Positions 41,601-53,239 of a stretch of 64,000 nt of DNA are shown here, piece after piece; within the stretch, counting starts at the first letter, position 1, and each line of letters opens with the position of its first letter. The notes beneath the pieces are model-generated. The model saw only the letters and a list, made by a program, of their open reading frames with translations, did not search any database and was not told where the DNA came from. Source of the DNA: Azolla caroliniana (taxonomy: Eukaryota; Plantae; Polypodiophyta); the NCBI GenBank assembly GCA_043228905.1, contig JBHGNT010000016.1:558001-622000 (forward strand), given 5' to 3'. Position numbers and translations under genes: made by a program.

Positions 41601-42350
41601 AGGAGCAATGAGAGTACCTCATCGACGAGAGGTACTTCCAACAAGGTTGCTTGGTGTATTAGCCCCTAGAAGGCATTCATGTGCTCCGCCATACCGGAGC
41701 CGTCCTGGTACTTGAGCCTCACTAGCTTCCGGAACACCGAAACCCGATTAACGACATTCTTGTTCTGGAACATGATGCCAATCTTCTCCTAGAGTTCAGA
41801 AGCCTTGCTCTCTTCATTGAAGTTGTTGTACATGCTCATGTCGATGAAGCACCATATGTATGTTGTCGTCTTCATGTGCATCACCTCCCACACTGTGACA
41901 TCGATCTTATCCAGTCTCTTGTCCCCGAATTGAACCGGCAACCAAAGATCTTTAACCACCAACATATCCCTCATCTTCGACTTCCACATTGAGTAGTTGG
42001 AGCCGATGAGCTTGAACATGCCGCCTAACGATTCTTCCATTTCCTGTGTTGTTCACTCTGATACCACTTTGAAGAGAATAGTGCAGAATATTTCTCGGCC
42101 ACAACTGAGTAATGAATCACTTCATTGAGAATCAAACACAAAAATGGGAAGTAGGGAGTGAACGCATGTACACACACGAATAATAGGGAGTACACAGGAT
42201 GTTTACGTGGAAACCCTAATAGGGAAAAACCATGGGATCCCACAAGCTCTGAACTGTCACTATATGTGAAAGGTACAATCAAAGACTTGGAGGCAATGAC
42301 CTCGAGCTTTGTTTCTTCACCAAGCGACGGTTACAACAGAAGTCGTTCTG

Positions 42351-42388
<38 letters not shown>

Positions 42389-42617
42389 ACTTGCTCTATA
42401 CAATAGTTATACACACAACGATATGATAATGTTCTCCTCACTTTACAAAGTGATTGCCCTAAGTCATATTTATACTTATATGATCTTAGGGCTATTTACA
42501 AATATAGCCTCAATAAGCTTACTCAAAACATATTTACAAATATGTCTTTTCTTTCGGTTCTCACCAGGTCCTCTTCATCCATAACCGGATCCATCCGAAG
42601 GGACCAATTTCCCAACA
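32313..42617 (-). mobile_element. Full-length decayed Ty1/copia element A (Tnt1/Tork-like, related to F), interrupted by element B
   Basis: LTRs at 32313-32943 and 42070-42617. TSD ATATG at 32308-32312 and 42618-42622. PBS TGGTATCAGAG at ~42056-42066, PPT at 32944-32956. Gag (ATG 42040, CFYCGKPRHFQKNC), PR (WVVDSGAS), INT, RT (YVDD) and RNase H are present with many stops and frameshifts. Confidence 0.95.
36182..41205 (-). mobile_element. Decayed Ty1/copia element B nested in A between gag and protease
   Basis: LTRs at 36182-36641 and 40744-41205. TSD CTTTC at 36177-36181 and 41206-41210. PBS TGGTATTAGAGCG at 40731-40743. Gag, INT, RT and RNase H fragments are present; most of the zinc-knuckle/protease region appears deleted near 39800. 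Confidence 0.95.
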
Positions 42618-43543
42618 ATATGTTATGGGCATGACCATATAATATCTTGTGGTAAGATTGTATTGTAGTATTCTATACACATGGATAAAGTGTGCGGGTT
42701 AAACGAGAGTGTAAAAAAGGGAAGGATTATTCTTAATCCTTGGGATTGAGACAACCCATTAAGGCCAAGTGTGAACTTGCCTAGGGGCCTTAGGTCTGGC
42801 TATAAATATGAGGCCTAGCTACCCTCATTTGACATATCATTCGACTAAGTCGAGATTGTACTTAAGTGGTGATCAAACTCTTGTAAGTGAGCACGCTTGT
42901 ACTAGGTACGACTCGATGCCACAACGGTGGTATGGGACGCCAATCAAGGCTCGAGTCCGTCTCAATCCCTTTGCTCGGGGGTGGTCGGGTGGATCAACAC
43001 CCTTCTTTCTCTCTCTCCTCTCTATTTTCTAATAATATATTTCTAATAATATATTTCCTTATCTCATGCTTACATTAGGATCTATCTTTAACAGTTGGTA
43101 TTAGAGCCTTGATTCCTAATGTTTCTTTTGTTGATTGTTTTTTTTGTTGGATGGTGATCGGTCATTGTATGATCGAGCTTGATCCAGAAACATAGCAACA
43201 AAAGAACTTCGGTATTCCTTCCTTCCTTTCTTTTTCTATTCTTTCTTCACCCCATTACGTATTAATTTCAATCATTAAAATATGTTGTAGTGGCAATCGA
43301 TTGGTTGTATAAAATGTACATATGTATGTGTATGAGGTCAATACCTCAATTGCCATATATTGGATATGCGATCTGTGTCATATGCGTAAGAGGTCAATAC
43401 CTTAATAGCGTATTATGTTGTCGTGAAGATTTTTGGCTTTGGTGTGAAACCGGGATGGAATGGGCAAGTCGGCAATGTGCAACATGTGCAGATGTATAGT
43501 AAGAAAATGGTGTATAGAATAAGGGGGAGAATTTATCCCACAT

Positions 43544-43974
43544 TGTAACATCCCTCCCTCCTTGGGCTATAAAAGGAAGGGAGGGGTCTCTTGTGAAGGG
43601 GTTGCCTATTTTGAGTGAGAGAGGTATACCACTTAGGTTGAGGGTTTCTATTTCGGTTTTAGGGTTTCGTCTAGGGTTTTACTATTCTTCTTCTTCTTCA
43701 TACCATTTTGGGTTTAGGGTTTTGCTTGGGGTTTCTTCTTCTTCATCTTCTTTACTTGACTTATCCGATTAGGGTTCCATATAGTGTTTTCGTTCGGCCT
43801 ATGCGACCATGGTTGTAAAGCGTTTGGTGTTTCTTAATATAACTTGTTTGTGTATCTTGCCTCCATCCATTGTATGTTTATGTCCTATTCTTTCTCCTCT
43901 CCTCTCGAGCTAAGCTTTCATTCCCCCTCTACTCCCTAGTCCAAGACCCCCGCGGTCCCGCCTAAGATCTTACA
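43544..43974 (+). mobile_element. Putative solo LTR
   Basis: TGTAA...TTACA inverted ends, CTATAAAAGG TATA-like motif and internal TTAGGGTTT motifs. No clean TSD. Confidence 0.45.
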
Positions 43975-44553
43975 CGTACTCACGGCCCGACAACGTTCAC
44001 TCTTGTTTTTTTGGATGTCGTGTGTGCGTAGGTAGAGGCTATATGCCTCGATTATGTATCTCGATTGCATCATTCGTTGGTTATGTTTTGGTTAACGATT
44101 GTTTTACATACACATATGTAATCAAATGTATACGTATTTAATCGTATACATGTCATGAACATATATGTGTGTATATTAAAAATTTGTTATGTTGTGTTAA
44201 TTGATCGATGGTTCTCTTTCGGGGAAGGATATTGGTGACCGTCCTCAAATTTTTGTGAGAATGGCGTAGTCACCATACTTTTACAACAAATTTTTTGGAT
44301 GCCCTAGTTGGTCACCTCGATTTCGTGATGTATAACAATGAAACAAGCATAACCACAATGATGTTGTTAGCGTAAGGGCTTGGTCCACTTCATGTGAGGT
44401 CGTCCCTATGACACACACATCCAACATCCCTCACTCGTTACATCATTACGATGTCACCATGAGATCATCATTACGAAAGGCATTCGTAATGATGTTGTCG
44501 CGAAGTTTGAGTTCGCGTGTAGGAAGAGGCAGGACCACGAGGGTCTTGGACCA

Positions 44554-44589
<36 letters not shown>

Positions 44590-45068
44590 CAAGGAGAAGT
44601 TAAGAGCAAGAAACAAGAATCCGATTACTATAATCAATAGCTTACAACTCGAACAGTTACAATCGGCAACCCGGTAATGGACCTGACACGGGGTCCTACT
44701 CATGCACACCGACGACGGTCACACAACTCGAAGAAATAAGGGGGGAAAAGGGGAAGGAGAGAGACTCTACTGGAAGCACACAGGTTGTCCATGAAGCAGA
44801 GGCAACGAACTCCCGACACCCGCAGAGAACGACGATCGGAGGAGAGAGAGAGCTCGGCACTCGGTTCTACAGCAACACTTCGTCCTCGCCAACGCGCGAT
44901 CCCCCTTTCCTCCTTCTCTCCTCTCCTTAAATAGTTCCCCCCAAAAAGGGGGTGCCTCCTTTCCCTAGTTAAACCGCTTTATTCATTGTCCCTTTCGACA
45001 GAGATACGCACAATCCCTCAATAAATGTGTACTACTTAGTATTTACATCAGCCGATCCATTTATGAAT

Positions 45069-48000
45069 TGTTGAGAGACAAGCTGAACATCAGCCGGATC
45101 GGCTGAAGAAGCCGAGGACCGGATCGTTTGGGACCGATCGGTTAGGCCGAGTGCGTACACTAGGAGGCCGTTAGGAAAGATATTCCGTGAGGAATATATT
45201 TGGGAGTTAGTGTAGGAGCTCTTGATGAGCATTGAAGTACTGACAGTACTTCGGTCAGTCCTTCTAGGACTTGTATAAAAGTGTTCACTGAGCATGTCTT
45301 ATGTACACACACTGAGTATTATTGTTGAATATATATTTTTGTGTCTTCTCTCTCTGTCTCTCCTGCGTATACCGTGTAAGCCCAAGCTCTCCATTAAACC
45401 TGTGTTTCCTTCCTCTGTTTTGTCTTCATACCTGCTTCCGCACGCTACTTTCTACATGGTATCAGAGCGCGAGGGTTGAGAACCTCTCTGCAGCCGACAC
45501 AGCTTGACGAAGAAGAATAAGAAGAACGATGGATAGAGGCATGGCGAGCTCGCTTCCAACAGAGAAGCTCGACAGAACCAACTATGCATCTTGGTCCTAC
45601 AAGATGCACCAGTACCTGCTCGGGCATGGCTACTAGAGTTATGTCGAAGGAGCTAATGACGCGGCACCCGAATCGTCACACAGAGACTTCCCGTCGTGGG
45701 AGCAATAAGCGAGCAGGGTACTATACTGCTTCGCGTCGTGTGTGGGCGAACAACTATTGAGCTATGTTCGGGATGCAAAGATGCCGAAGGGTGCGTGGGA
45801 AAATCTGAAGAAGATTTTCGCCGCAAGCACCACAGCCAGGAAGCTTCAGCTCCAACAGGAGTTGAGCAACCTACGACAACGCGTCTTGTCGGTGGCGGAC
45901 TATACCTCGAAGATCAAGGATATCTACGACTCCCTCGCCTCCATAGAGGTGAACATCGAGGAGAGTGAGATGGTCCAGATCTGTCTCAGAGGTTTGGCGT
46001 CGAAGTTCGGAGCGTTCCGAATGGCTGTGTGTACCCGGGAGAATATGTCGTCCTTTTTCGACCTATAGTCGATGCTCCTGGTAGAGGAGAACCACGTGGG
46101 TGCGTCGACGAGCACGCACAGCGACAGCAGAATGATGTATACGGAGGGAGATAGGCCCCGTGGACGTGGAGGATGAGGCGAGTCGGCACGCAATGGAGGC
46201 GGCCGACGAGATCAAAAAAGAAGGCACCGAAGTGATGCCGACAGCAACTCCGGACCCTCCGGAAACAGGGGGAGTCGAAGCGATGAGAACCGGCAAGGGA
46301 AGTCCATCGCGGAGTGCTGGTACTATGGCAAGAAAGGCCATAGGGAAAGCGAGTGCTGGAAGAAGCGCGCCGATTCGGAGAGAACTGGTTCCTTGAACGG
46401 CTCCAGACATACCGACAAGGGAAATCGGCAGCGATCGCATTACGCCGAAGACTCCGGGAGAGCCGGAGAAGGGTCTGTCTTCGTGACGAAACACGAAGCA
46501 AACTCAATGAAACAGAGCACCTCGAGATCAGACGAGGTGTGGTACGTGGACTCCGGCGCGTCAAACCACATGACGAGCCATAAGGAGTGGTTCTTGTACC
46601 TTGAAAAACCGATACAACCGGGAGTAGTCGCAACAGGAGACAACACTCCGCATCCGATCGCGAATGTCGGAGAAGTTCCCCTTAGCCATGTCGAGCAGAA
46701 AGGGAAACTCAAGAACGTGCTGCACGTTCCGACAATCACGAAGAACTTGGTCTCGGTCGGACAGATCGTCGATCAAGGGATGGATGTTCGGTTTACACAC
46801 CTCATGTGCTTCATTGAGGAAGAAGGCCGTGTGATTGCGCAAGGGCGCAGAGACGGGAGGATGTTCATCCTCGATTCCACTGACGGCAGCACCGCAATGT
46901 TCGCAAAGGGACAAAAAGCCGAGTCGGACATCGACTTGTGGCACAAGCGGATAGGCCACGTCAACTACCAGCGGCTTCAAGATCTGCAAACGAAACAGGT
47001 AGTGTTCGGTTTGCCCAAGTTTAGTGGCCGAAAGGCACAATTTTGTGAAGCCTGCCAACTCGGGAAGCAACACCGACTTCCTTTCCCCAAGGAGCGAAAC
47101 CGGAGCCGGAACAAGCTCGACCTTATACACTCAGATGTGTGGGGGCCGGCACAAAACGTTAGTCTTGGCGAGAGCCGATATTTCGTCTCCTTCATCGACG
47201 ACCACACACGGCACACGTGGATCTACCTCATTGAGAGGAAGAGGGAAGTCTTCGACTGTTTTCGAGACCTCAAAGGGTTCGTGGAAGCCGAAACGGGATG
47301 AAAGATCAAGTGCGTGCGGTCGGATGGAGGGAAAGAGTACTTTTCCGGTCAATTCAACGGTTATCTACAACAAATGGGAATTCGCCGCGAATTCAGTTGT
47401 AGATACACGCCGGAGCAGAACGGCGTGGCCCAGAGGAAGAATCGGTCGATTGTGGAAGCGGCACGGGCAATGCTGGAGGAGAAGAGCTTGCCCAAGTTCT
47501 ACTGGGCCGAGGCGGTAAGGACCGTGGTATACATCCAGAACCGGATTGGAGACAAAGTGTCAGCGCACGAGCTATATTTCGGAACGAAGCCGAACTTACG
47601 ACACTTGAGGGTGTTTGGTAGCATTGCGTATGTGCATGTACCGAAGGAGGAAAGGAGGAAGCTGGACGCAAAGGCCGAGAAATGCATCTTGGTTGGTTAC
47701 TCGGACGAGCAGAAGGGTTATAAGTGCTATAACCCTCGCACTAAACAAGCACGTGTTAGCCGCGACGTTGTGGTTGACGAGTCCGCGTCCTAGTACAAGC
47801 CGCCGACTCCGAACCCCAAGTCCAATCCAAGTTCTGACGATGAGGTCAGCAAGGCGCTGAGGTGCCTCCGGATGTGCCCGAAATCGAGACCCGTGAAGAG
47901 AGTCCGATTTCACTCCGGTTAAGCGGACCAATTGGACGACTGAGTCGGTACGACCAGTCCGATGAAGAGCCGGCGAGTAGTGGAGACTCGGCCGTGTATT

Positions 48001-50752
48001 CCCCGCACAGGAAGCTGAGGAGACGGCTTACGCGCAAAGAGAAAGGGAAGAAGAAGGTGTCGGATTCCGGCACGGAAAGGAACGAGTCAGACCGACGCGA
48101 GTCTGACTTTGAGGGAACCAGTGACGGGTCTTTAAAGGTGAAGACTGCGACGACCAAGAAGGCCTCGACATCGGCTAATGTGAGATTACGCCGATCTACC
48201 CGCCAAAAGAACCTAGTTGTGCGGTTCAGATACAACGAGTACATGGCGCATCATTATGCGTACATGACCCGTGTAGCGGAAGTGCGTGAGCCGGAGAGCT
48301 ACGCAGAAGCGGCTAAAGACGCGCATTGGCGTGCTGCGATGGAGGAAGAGATGCACGCATTGGCGGAGAACGAGACCTGGGACCTGGTTGACGCACCGAA
48401 GGGTGTGAAGCCGATCGGGTGTAGATGGGTGTACAAGGTCAAGTACAACACCGATGGCTCGGTCAACCGGTACAAGGTTCGGCTAGTGGCAAAGGGCTAC
48501 GCGCAGAAACACGGCATCGACTACGATGAGACGTTTGCGCCGGTCGCGAAAATGACGACCGTCCGTGTTTTGCTGGCAGTAGCTGCGGCGAAGGGGTGGC
48601 ACCTGCATCAGATGGATGTAAAGAATGCGTTCCTGCAAGGTGACCTTGAGGAACAGGTGTACATGGTACAGCCCCCCGGATTTCACTCCGGAACGAAGTC
48701 CTCAGCAGTATGCCGACTGAAGAAGTCTCTTTACGGACTGAAGCAAGCCCCACGTGCCTGGAACGCGAAGATCACGCAACAACTGCATCGGATGGGCTTC
48801 GTCACGTCAAAGTCAAACTCTTCCCTGTTCATCCGGAAAGGTCGACTCGAACCGGTTAGTATTTTGCTATGTGTTGATGACTTGGTCATCACCGGCGTCG
48901 ACCTAGGTGAAATCGACCGCGTAAAGCTCCAGCTTGCGACATCGTTCGACATGAAGGATCTGGGGGACCTTCATTACTTCCTCGGGATCGAAGTGATCCG
49001 TACCCCCGAAGGCATATTGATCAGCCAACGTCATTACGTGCTGAGTATGCTCTTCAAATTCGGGATGGCCGACTGTAAGTCCGTCTCGACTCCTCTGGAT
49101 AGAACCGTGAAGCTTCGTCCCGATACGGGAAAGGTATGCGACCCAACGAGGTTCCGACAAATTGTCGGAAGCCTCATATACTTGACCATCACCCGACCCG
49201 ACCTCAATTATCCGGTCGGGGTGTACAGTCAGTTCATGGCACGACCTACCGAGGAGCACCTTCAGTGTGTGCAACGCATACTTCAGTATGTCAACGGCAA
49301 TAAGGACCGGGGACTGCTATATCGGACCGGTGCAGCCGCGCAGCTAGTCGGCTACACCGATGCTGATTGGGCTGGCAACGCCGCTGATTGCCGATCCACG
49401 TCCGGATATGCGTTCTCCCTCGGGAGTGCCGCAATAGCGTGGAGCAGTAAGAAGCAGCCGACAGTCGCACTGTTGAGCACCGAAGCTGAGTACCGAGGAG
49501 CGGCTGTCACGACATGCGAAGCCATATGGTTGAAGCGGCTACTTAAGGACCTACAAGAGGAGGTGTCAGATCCAACGACGATCTACTACGACAACCTCAG
49601 CAGCATCCAACTTGCGAAGAACCCCGTTTTCCACGCATGGACCAAGCACATTGAGGTGCATTACCATTTCGTCTGTGAGCGTGTCCTTTCCGGAGAAGTC
49701 AAACTTCAGTATGTTCCGACGGATCGGTAGACTGCCGACATCTTCACCAAGCCGCTTGGTCTGGACAAGTTGCGGCAATTCTCAGGTGCGCTCGGGTTGC
49801 GTCACCTCGACGTGCCGAACTTGAGGGGGAGAACAGTCCCGAACGACCAAGCAAGGCAGCAGGAAAGGAGCAGTGACCATGACACCGAGTCGGTTGACTC
49901 GTTTGTTGACTTGGTTGAAGACGGATTGGCTGAAGAAGCCGAGGGCGGACCCGCGGAAAAGTTCGAAAGAGGACAAAAGGGGAGCAACCAAAGGAGAGCA
50001 CCGAAGCCAACCACGCATGAGGAGGATGACGCCATCGAGGGCGAGAAGACCGAAGACGAGTTGGAGACAACCAACTCGGACGAGAGCGAAAACCGATCAG
50101 AGGTAGCCGAGTCGGTTCGGATGTTTGATTCAGACACGCTGAATCAACCGAGGCCCAAGCGGAAGAAAAGGCAGCAGAAGACGCGTCAACACCGCAACCT
50201 CAGAAGAGCTGATGAGGGCCACATGAGCAGACAAGCCGACCGGAAGGGTCGAAGCGCGCGGAGTCGAACAGGTCGAGAAGCGCGAGCGAGGCGTGAAGCC
50301 AGGAGGAACCGGAGCTGTGAGCCCGAGGATCCCGAAGAGCCTCGAGTTGAGGTTGAGGGGGAGTGTTGAGAGACAAGCTCAACATCGGCCGGATCGGCTG
50401 AAGAAGCCGAGGACCGGATCAGTTGGGACCGATCGGTTAGGCCGAGTGCGTACACTGGGAGGCCGTTAGGAAATATATTCCATGAGGAATATATTTGGGA
50501 GTTAGTGTAGGAGCTCTTGATGAGCATTGAAGTACTGTCAGTACTTCGGTCAGTCCTTTTAGGACTTGTATAAAAGTGCTCACTGAGCACGTCTTATGTA
50601 CAGAGATTGAGTATTATTGTGAAATATAGTTCTTTAGTTTTTTCTCTCTCTGTCTCTCCCGCATATACTGCGTAAGCCCAAGCTCTCCATTAAACCTGTG
50701 TTTCCTTCCTCTGTTCTGTCTTCATACTTGCTTTCGCACGCTACTTTCTACA
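45069..50752 (+). mobile_element. Ty1/copia element E inserted in the 3' LTR of D; near full length with several stops and frameshifts
   Basis: LTRs at 45069-45456 and 50364-50752. TSD TGAAT at 45064-45068 and 50753-50757, with the empty site visible in D's other LTR at ~63524. PBS at 45457-45470, PPT at 50353-50363. Gag CWYYGKKGHRESEC, PR WYVDSGAS, INT, RT and RNase H are present. Confidence 0.95.
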
Positions 50753-52544
50753 TGAATCATGTACAAAATATCAAAATATCAATTTATGCGCCCATTCGTG
50801 TAAGAGCCGGTTCATGCGCCTTTTTCTCCAATTCCGCCTATGCCCGGTTTTCTTCACGACATCCACCCCCACCAAACTGCGCATCCAACCGGCATGCGCC
50901 AGAGACGGGTAGATATCGAAGAAAACCGGCTTCACTCGTCGTTCTCCGATTCTCTACCGGGCCCAAACTGATCGTCGTTGTCGCTCCCGCTCGCAGGCTC
51001 CAGCTCATCTTCGAACTGCTTCTTGAACGCTTAGATCCGCTTCCCAGCCACCGGCACCGCTAACCGTGTCCCGTCGAGCTCCGTGAGGTGGTACGTGCCG
51101 TTGTCGTTCGCGCTCGTCACCGTGTAGGGCCTGAACCATCTCCTAGCGAACTTTCGCACCGCCTTGTGCTGATTGTCGAGGTTGCTGTCGTATACCAAGA
51201 CCCAGTCGCCTTCCTCGATCTTCTTCGGTCACAACCGATGAGTCCGGTTGAACCGGGTCTTGTTCCGCTCCCTTGCCACTCGCAGCTTTTCCAGTCTCCG
51301 CTATAGTGCGCTGAATCCGCGCCGCCAGCAACTCCTCCCGGCTCATTTTGTCCTTCCAATCTACCGCCGCCCATGAAGAAACCGTTCGTTCCACCGGCAT
51401 GATCGGCTTCTGTCCGTACATCAGCTCTGCCGGCATAAACCCTGTCACCGAACTGTGCGTAGTTCGGTCCGCCCATAGTGCGTAAGGAAGGAGTTGCAAC
51501 CAATTCCCGACTTACCCTCCGCATGCACGCACCAACGCCTTTACGATCGGCTCGTGCCCACGTTCTACTTTCCCGTTCGCCTTCGGATTGTACGCCGTAG
51601 TGAGGGAGAGTTTGACGCCTAGCTGGTCGAACAACTCCTCAGCCTCCCGCACATCCAACTCTCCCCGGTCCGCCACGATCCTCCCGACGCGCTCGTACCG
51701 ACACACTACTTCTTCAATCAGGAACCGGCATACCGCCGTGGTTGTCTTGCTCTGCAGTGCACGGCCTTCCACCTGGTTTGTTAAGTGTTCCCGTGCAAGC
51801 ACCAGGTACCGCATCTGTCCTACTCCCATCGGCATCGTCACCAAGTCCACCATCCACTTGAAATGGACCGTAGGCGGGTAGGTCGGGTGTAGCTCGACTA
51901 TGGAGTGCATCTGACAGCTTTCGCAAGTCGTTACGAACCGATGCACATCTTGGTACAGCCCCGGCCACCAGTACTTCTCCTTCAGCTTCTCGAACGTGGC
52001 CCACGTTCCGCGGTGTCCGGCCCAGGGACTCTTGTGAAATGCCGCCAGTAGTTCCTCCTGTTGTTCTTTCTTTGCCACTACTCGAAGCGGGATGCCGTTT
52101 CTCTTCTTTGGGTGCCTCCATATGCATTCGTCCCGCAGGAAGAATCGGTACGCCTTCTTCCGTACCCGGCTCGCCTCTTCTCTCGTCCATGCTACGTCCG
52201 GCGTCATCATCCGTAGGAACCTCCTGATTTGGAGCCACTCCCCGTCGTACTTGCTTTCGTCAAATTTGTCAAGTGCCGAAGTGTCCCTTTTCCTCGTCGT
52301 TATGTTAGCCGACCCGAAGAAGTCCTCGCCGACTTCTTCGTCATCCGAAACCATGCCGTCTTCGTCGTTGAACCTCACTCTCGAAAGCATGTTGGCCATG
52401 GCGTTGTCCTTTCCAAAGATGTGCCGTATCTCCGGGTTCAGGGACTTAATGTACGCTATCTGTTGGGATTTCGGTCCCTCCGGATGGGATGTCCGGAGAT
52501 GAATGACGGCAAGCCCGGTTGCGGTTACGGAACCGGATGATGAA

Positions 52545-52738
52545 TAGTACCCGGCGTGAAGCCGGATGAAGAGACCCTGACTACGGAGCCGGATGCTGAA
52601 GACCCCGGTTACGGAGCCGGATGACGAAGACCCGGCTACGGAGCCGGATGCTGAAGACCCCGGTTACGGAGCCGGATGACGAAGACCCGGCTACGGAGCC
52701 GGATGATGAAGATTCCGGTTACGGAGCCGGATGACGAA
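52545..52738 (+). repeat. 27/28-bp tandem repeats in the U3 of the F LTR (also at ~57408-57601)
   Basis: Alternating ACGGAGCCGGATGCTGAAGACCCCGGTT and ACGGAGCCGGATGACGAAGACCCGGCT units. Confidence 0.9.
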
Positions 52739-53239
52739 TGTACCCGGAGAGAGATCCGGATGCGGGGACATATTTGTGAATATGTTTGCCAAGAGCCCCT
52801 TGAGGCTATATTTGTAAATAGCCCGAAAGTCATATGTGTATAAATATGACTTAGGGCAAACAGTTTTTGTGGTTGCTTATTTTTCTGTTTTTCACCTAGA
52901 GAGAGTGAAGAGAGCAGCCGCGAGAGAGGGAGAGAGAGAGAGAGACGAAGAGGTCGTTGCCTCTGTGTATTACCGCCGCCTGTGGCGAAGACAGTGAGCT
53001 CAAGGTTGTTGCCTTGAAGCTTCACCATTGTACATCCCTGTTCATAGTGATAGTTGGAGTTTGAGGACTCCCGTGGTTTTTCCCATTTAGGGTTTTCCAC
53101 GAAAAATATCCTGTGTACTCTTCTCTCTACAGTCTCCGTGTACATTGTATTTCCTATTTTCTGTGAGTTGATCCTATTCCTCGGTTGTGGCCGAGCATCG
53201 TTTTACAACAAAGTGGTATCAGAGCGACTGTTGCAGAAA

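Larger units (their letters stand above)
32255..43108 (+). mobile_element. Older LTR (element C) split by copia A, followed by a tRNA-iMet-type PBS
   Basis: TGTTGTA at 32255. Removing A rejoins sequence that ends ...TTTAACA at 43093, followed by TGGTATTAGAGCC (43096-43108). TATA-like CTATAAAT near 42800. The left boundary is inferred. Confidence 0.55.

Noticed and set aside
44408-44709. ORFs spanning (GA)n tracts (ERERER or SLSLSL), also at 62754-63163
   Set aside because: Microsatellite-driven open frames inside the LTRs of gypsy D.
53054-53239. N-terminal 62 aa of the listed 1419-aa ORF
   Set aside because: It starts at a TTG inside the LTR and crosses the PBS. The plausible gag start is ATG 53240.
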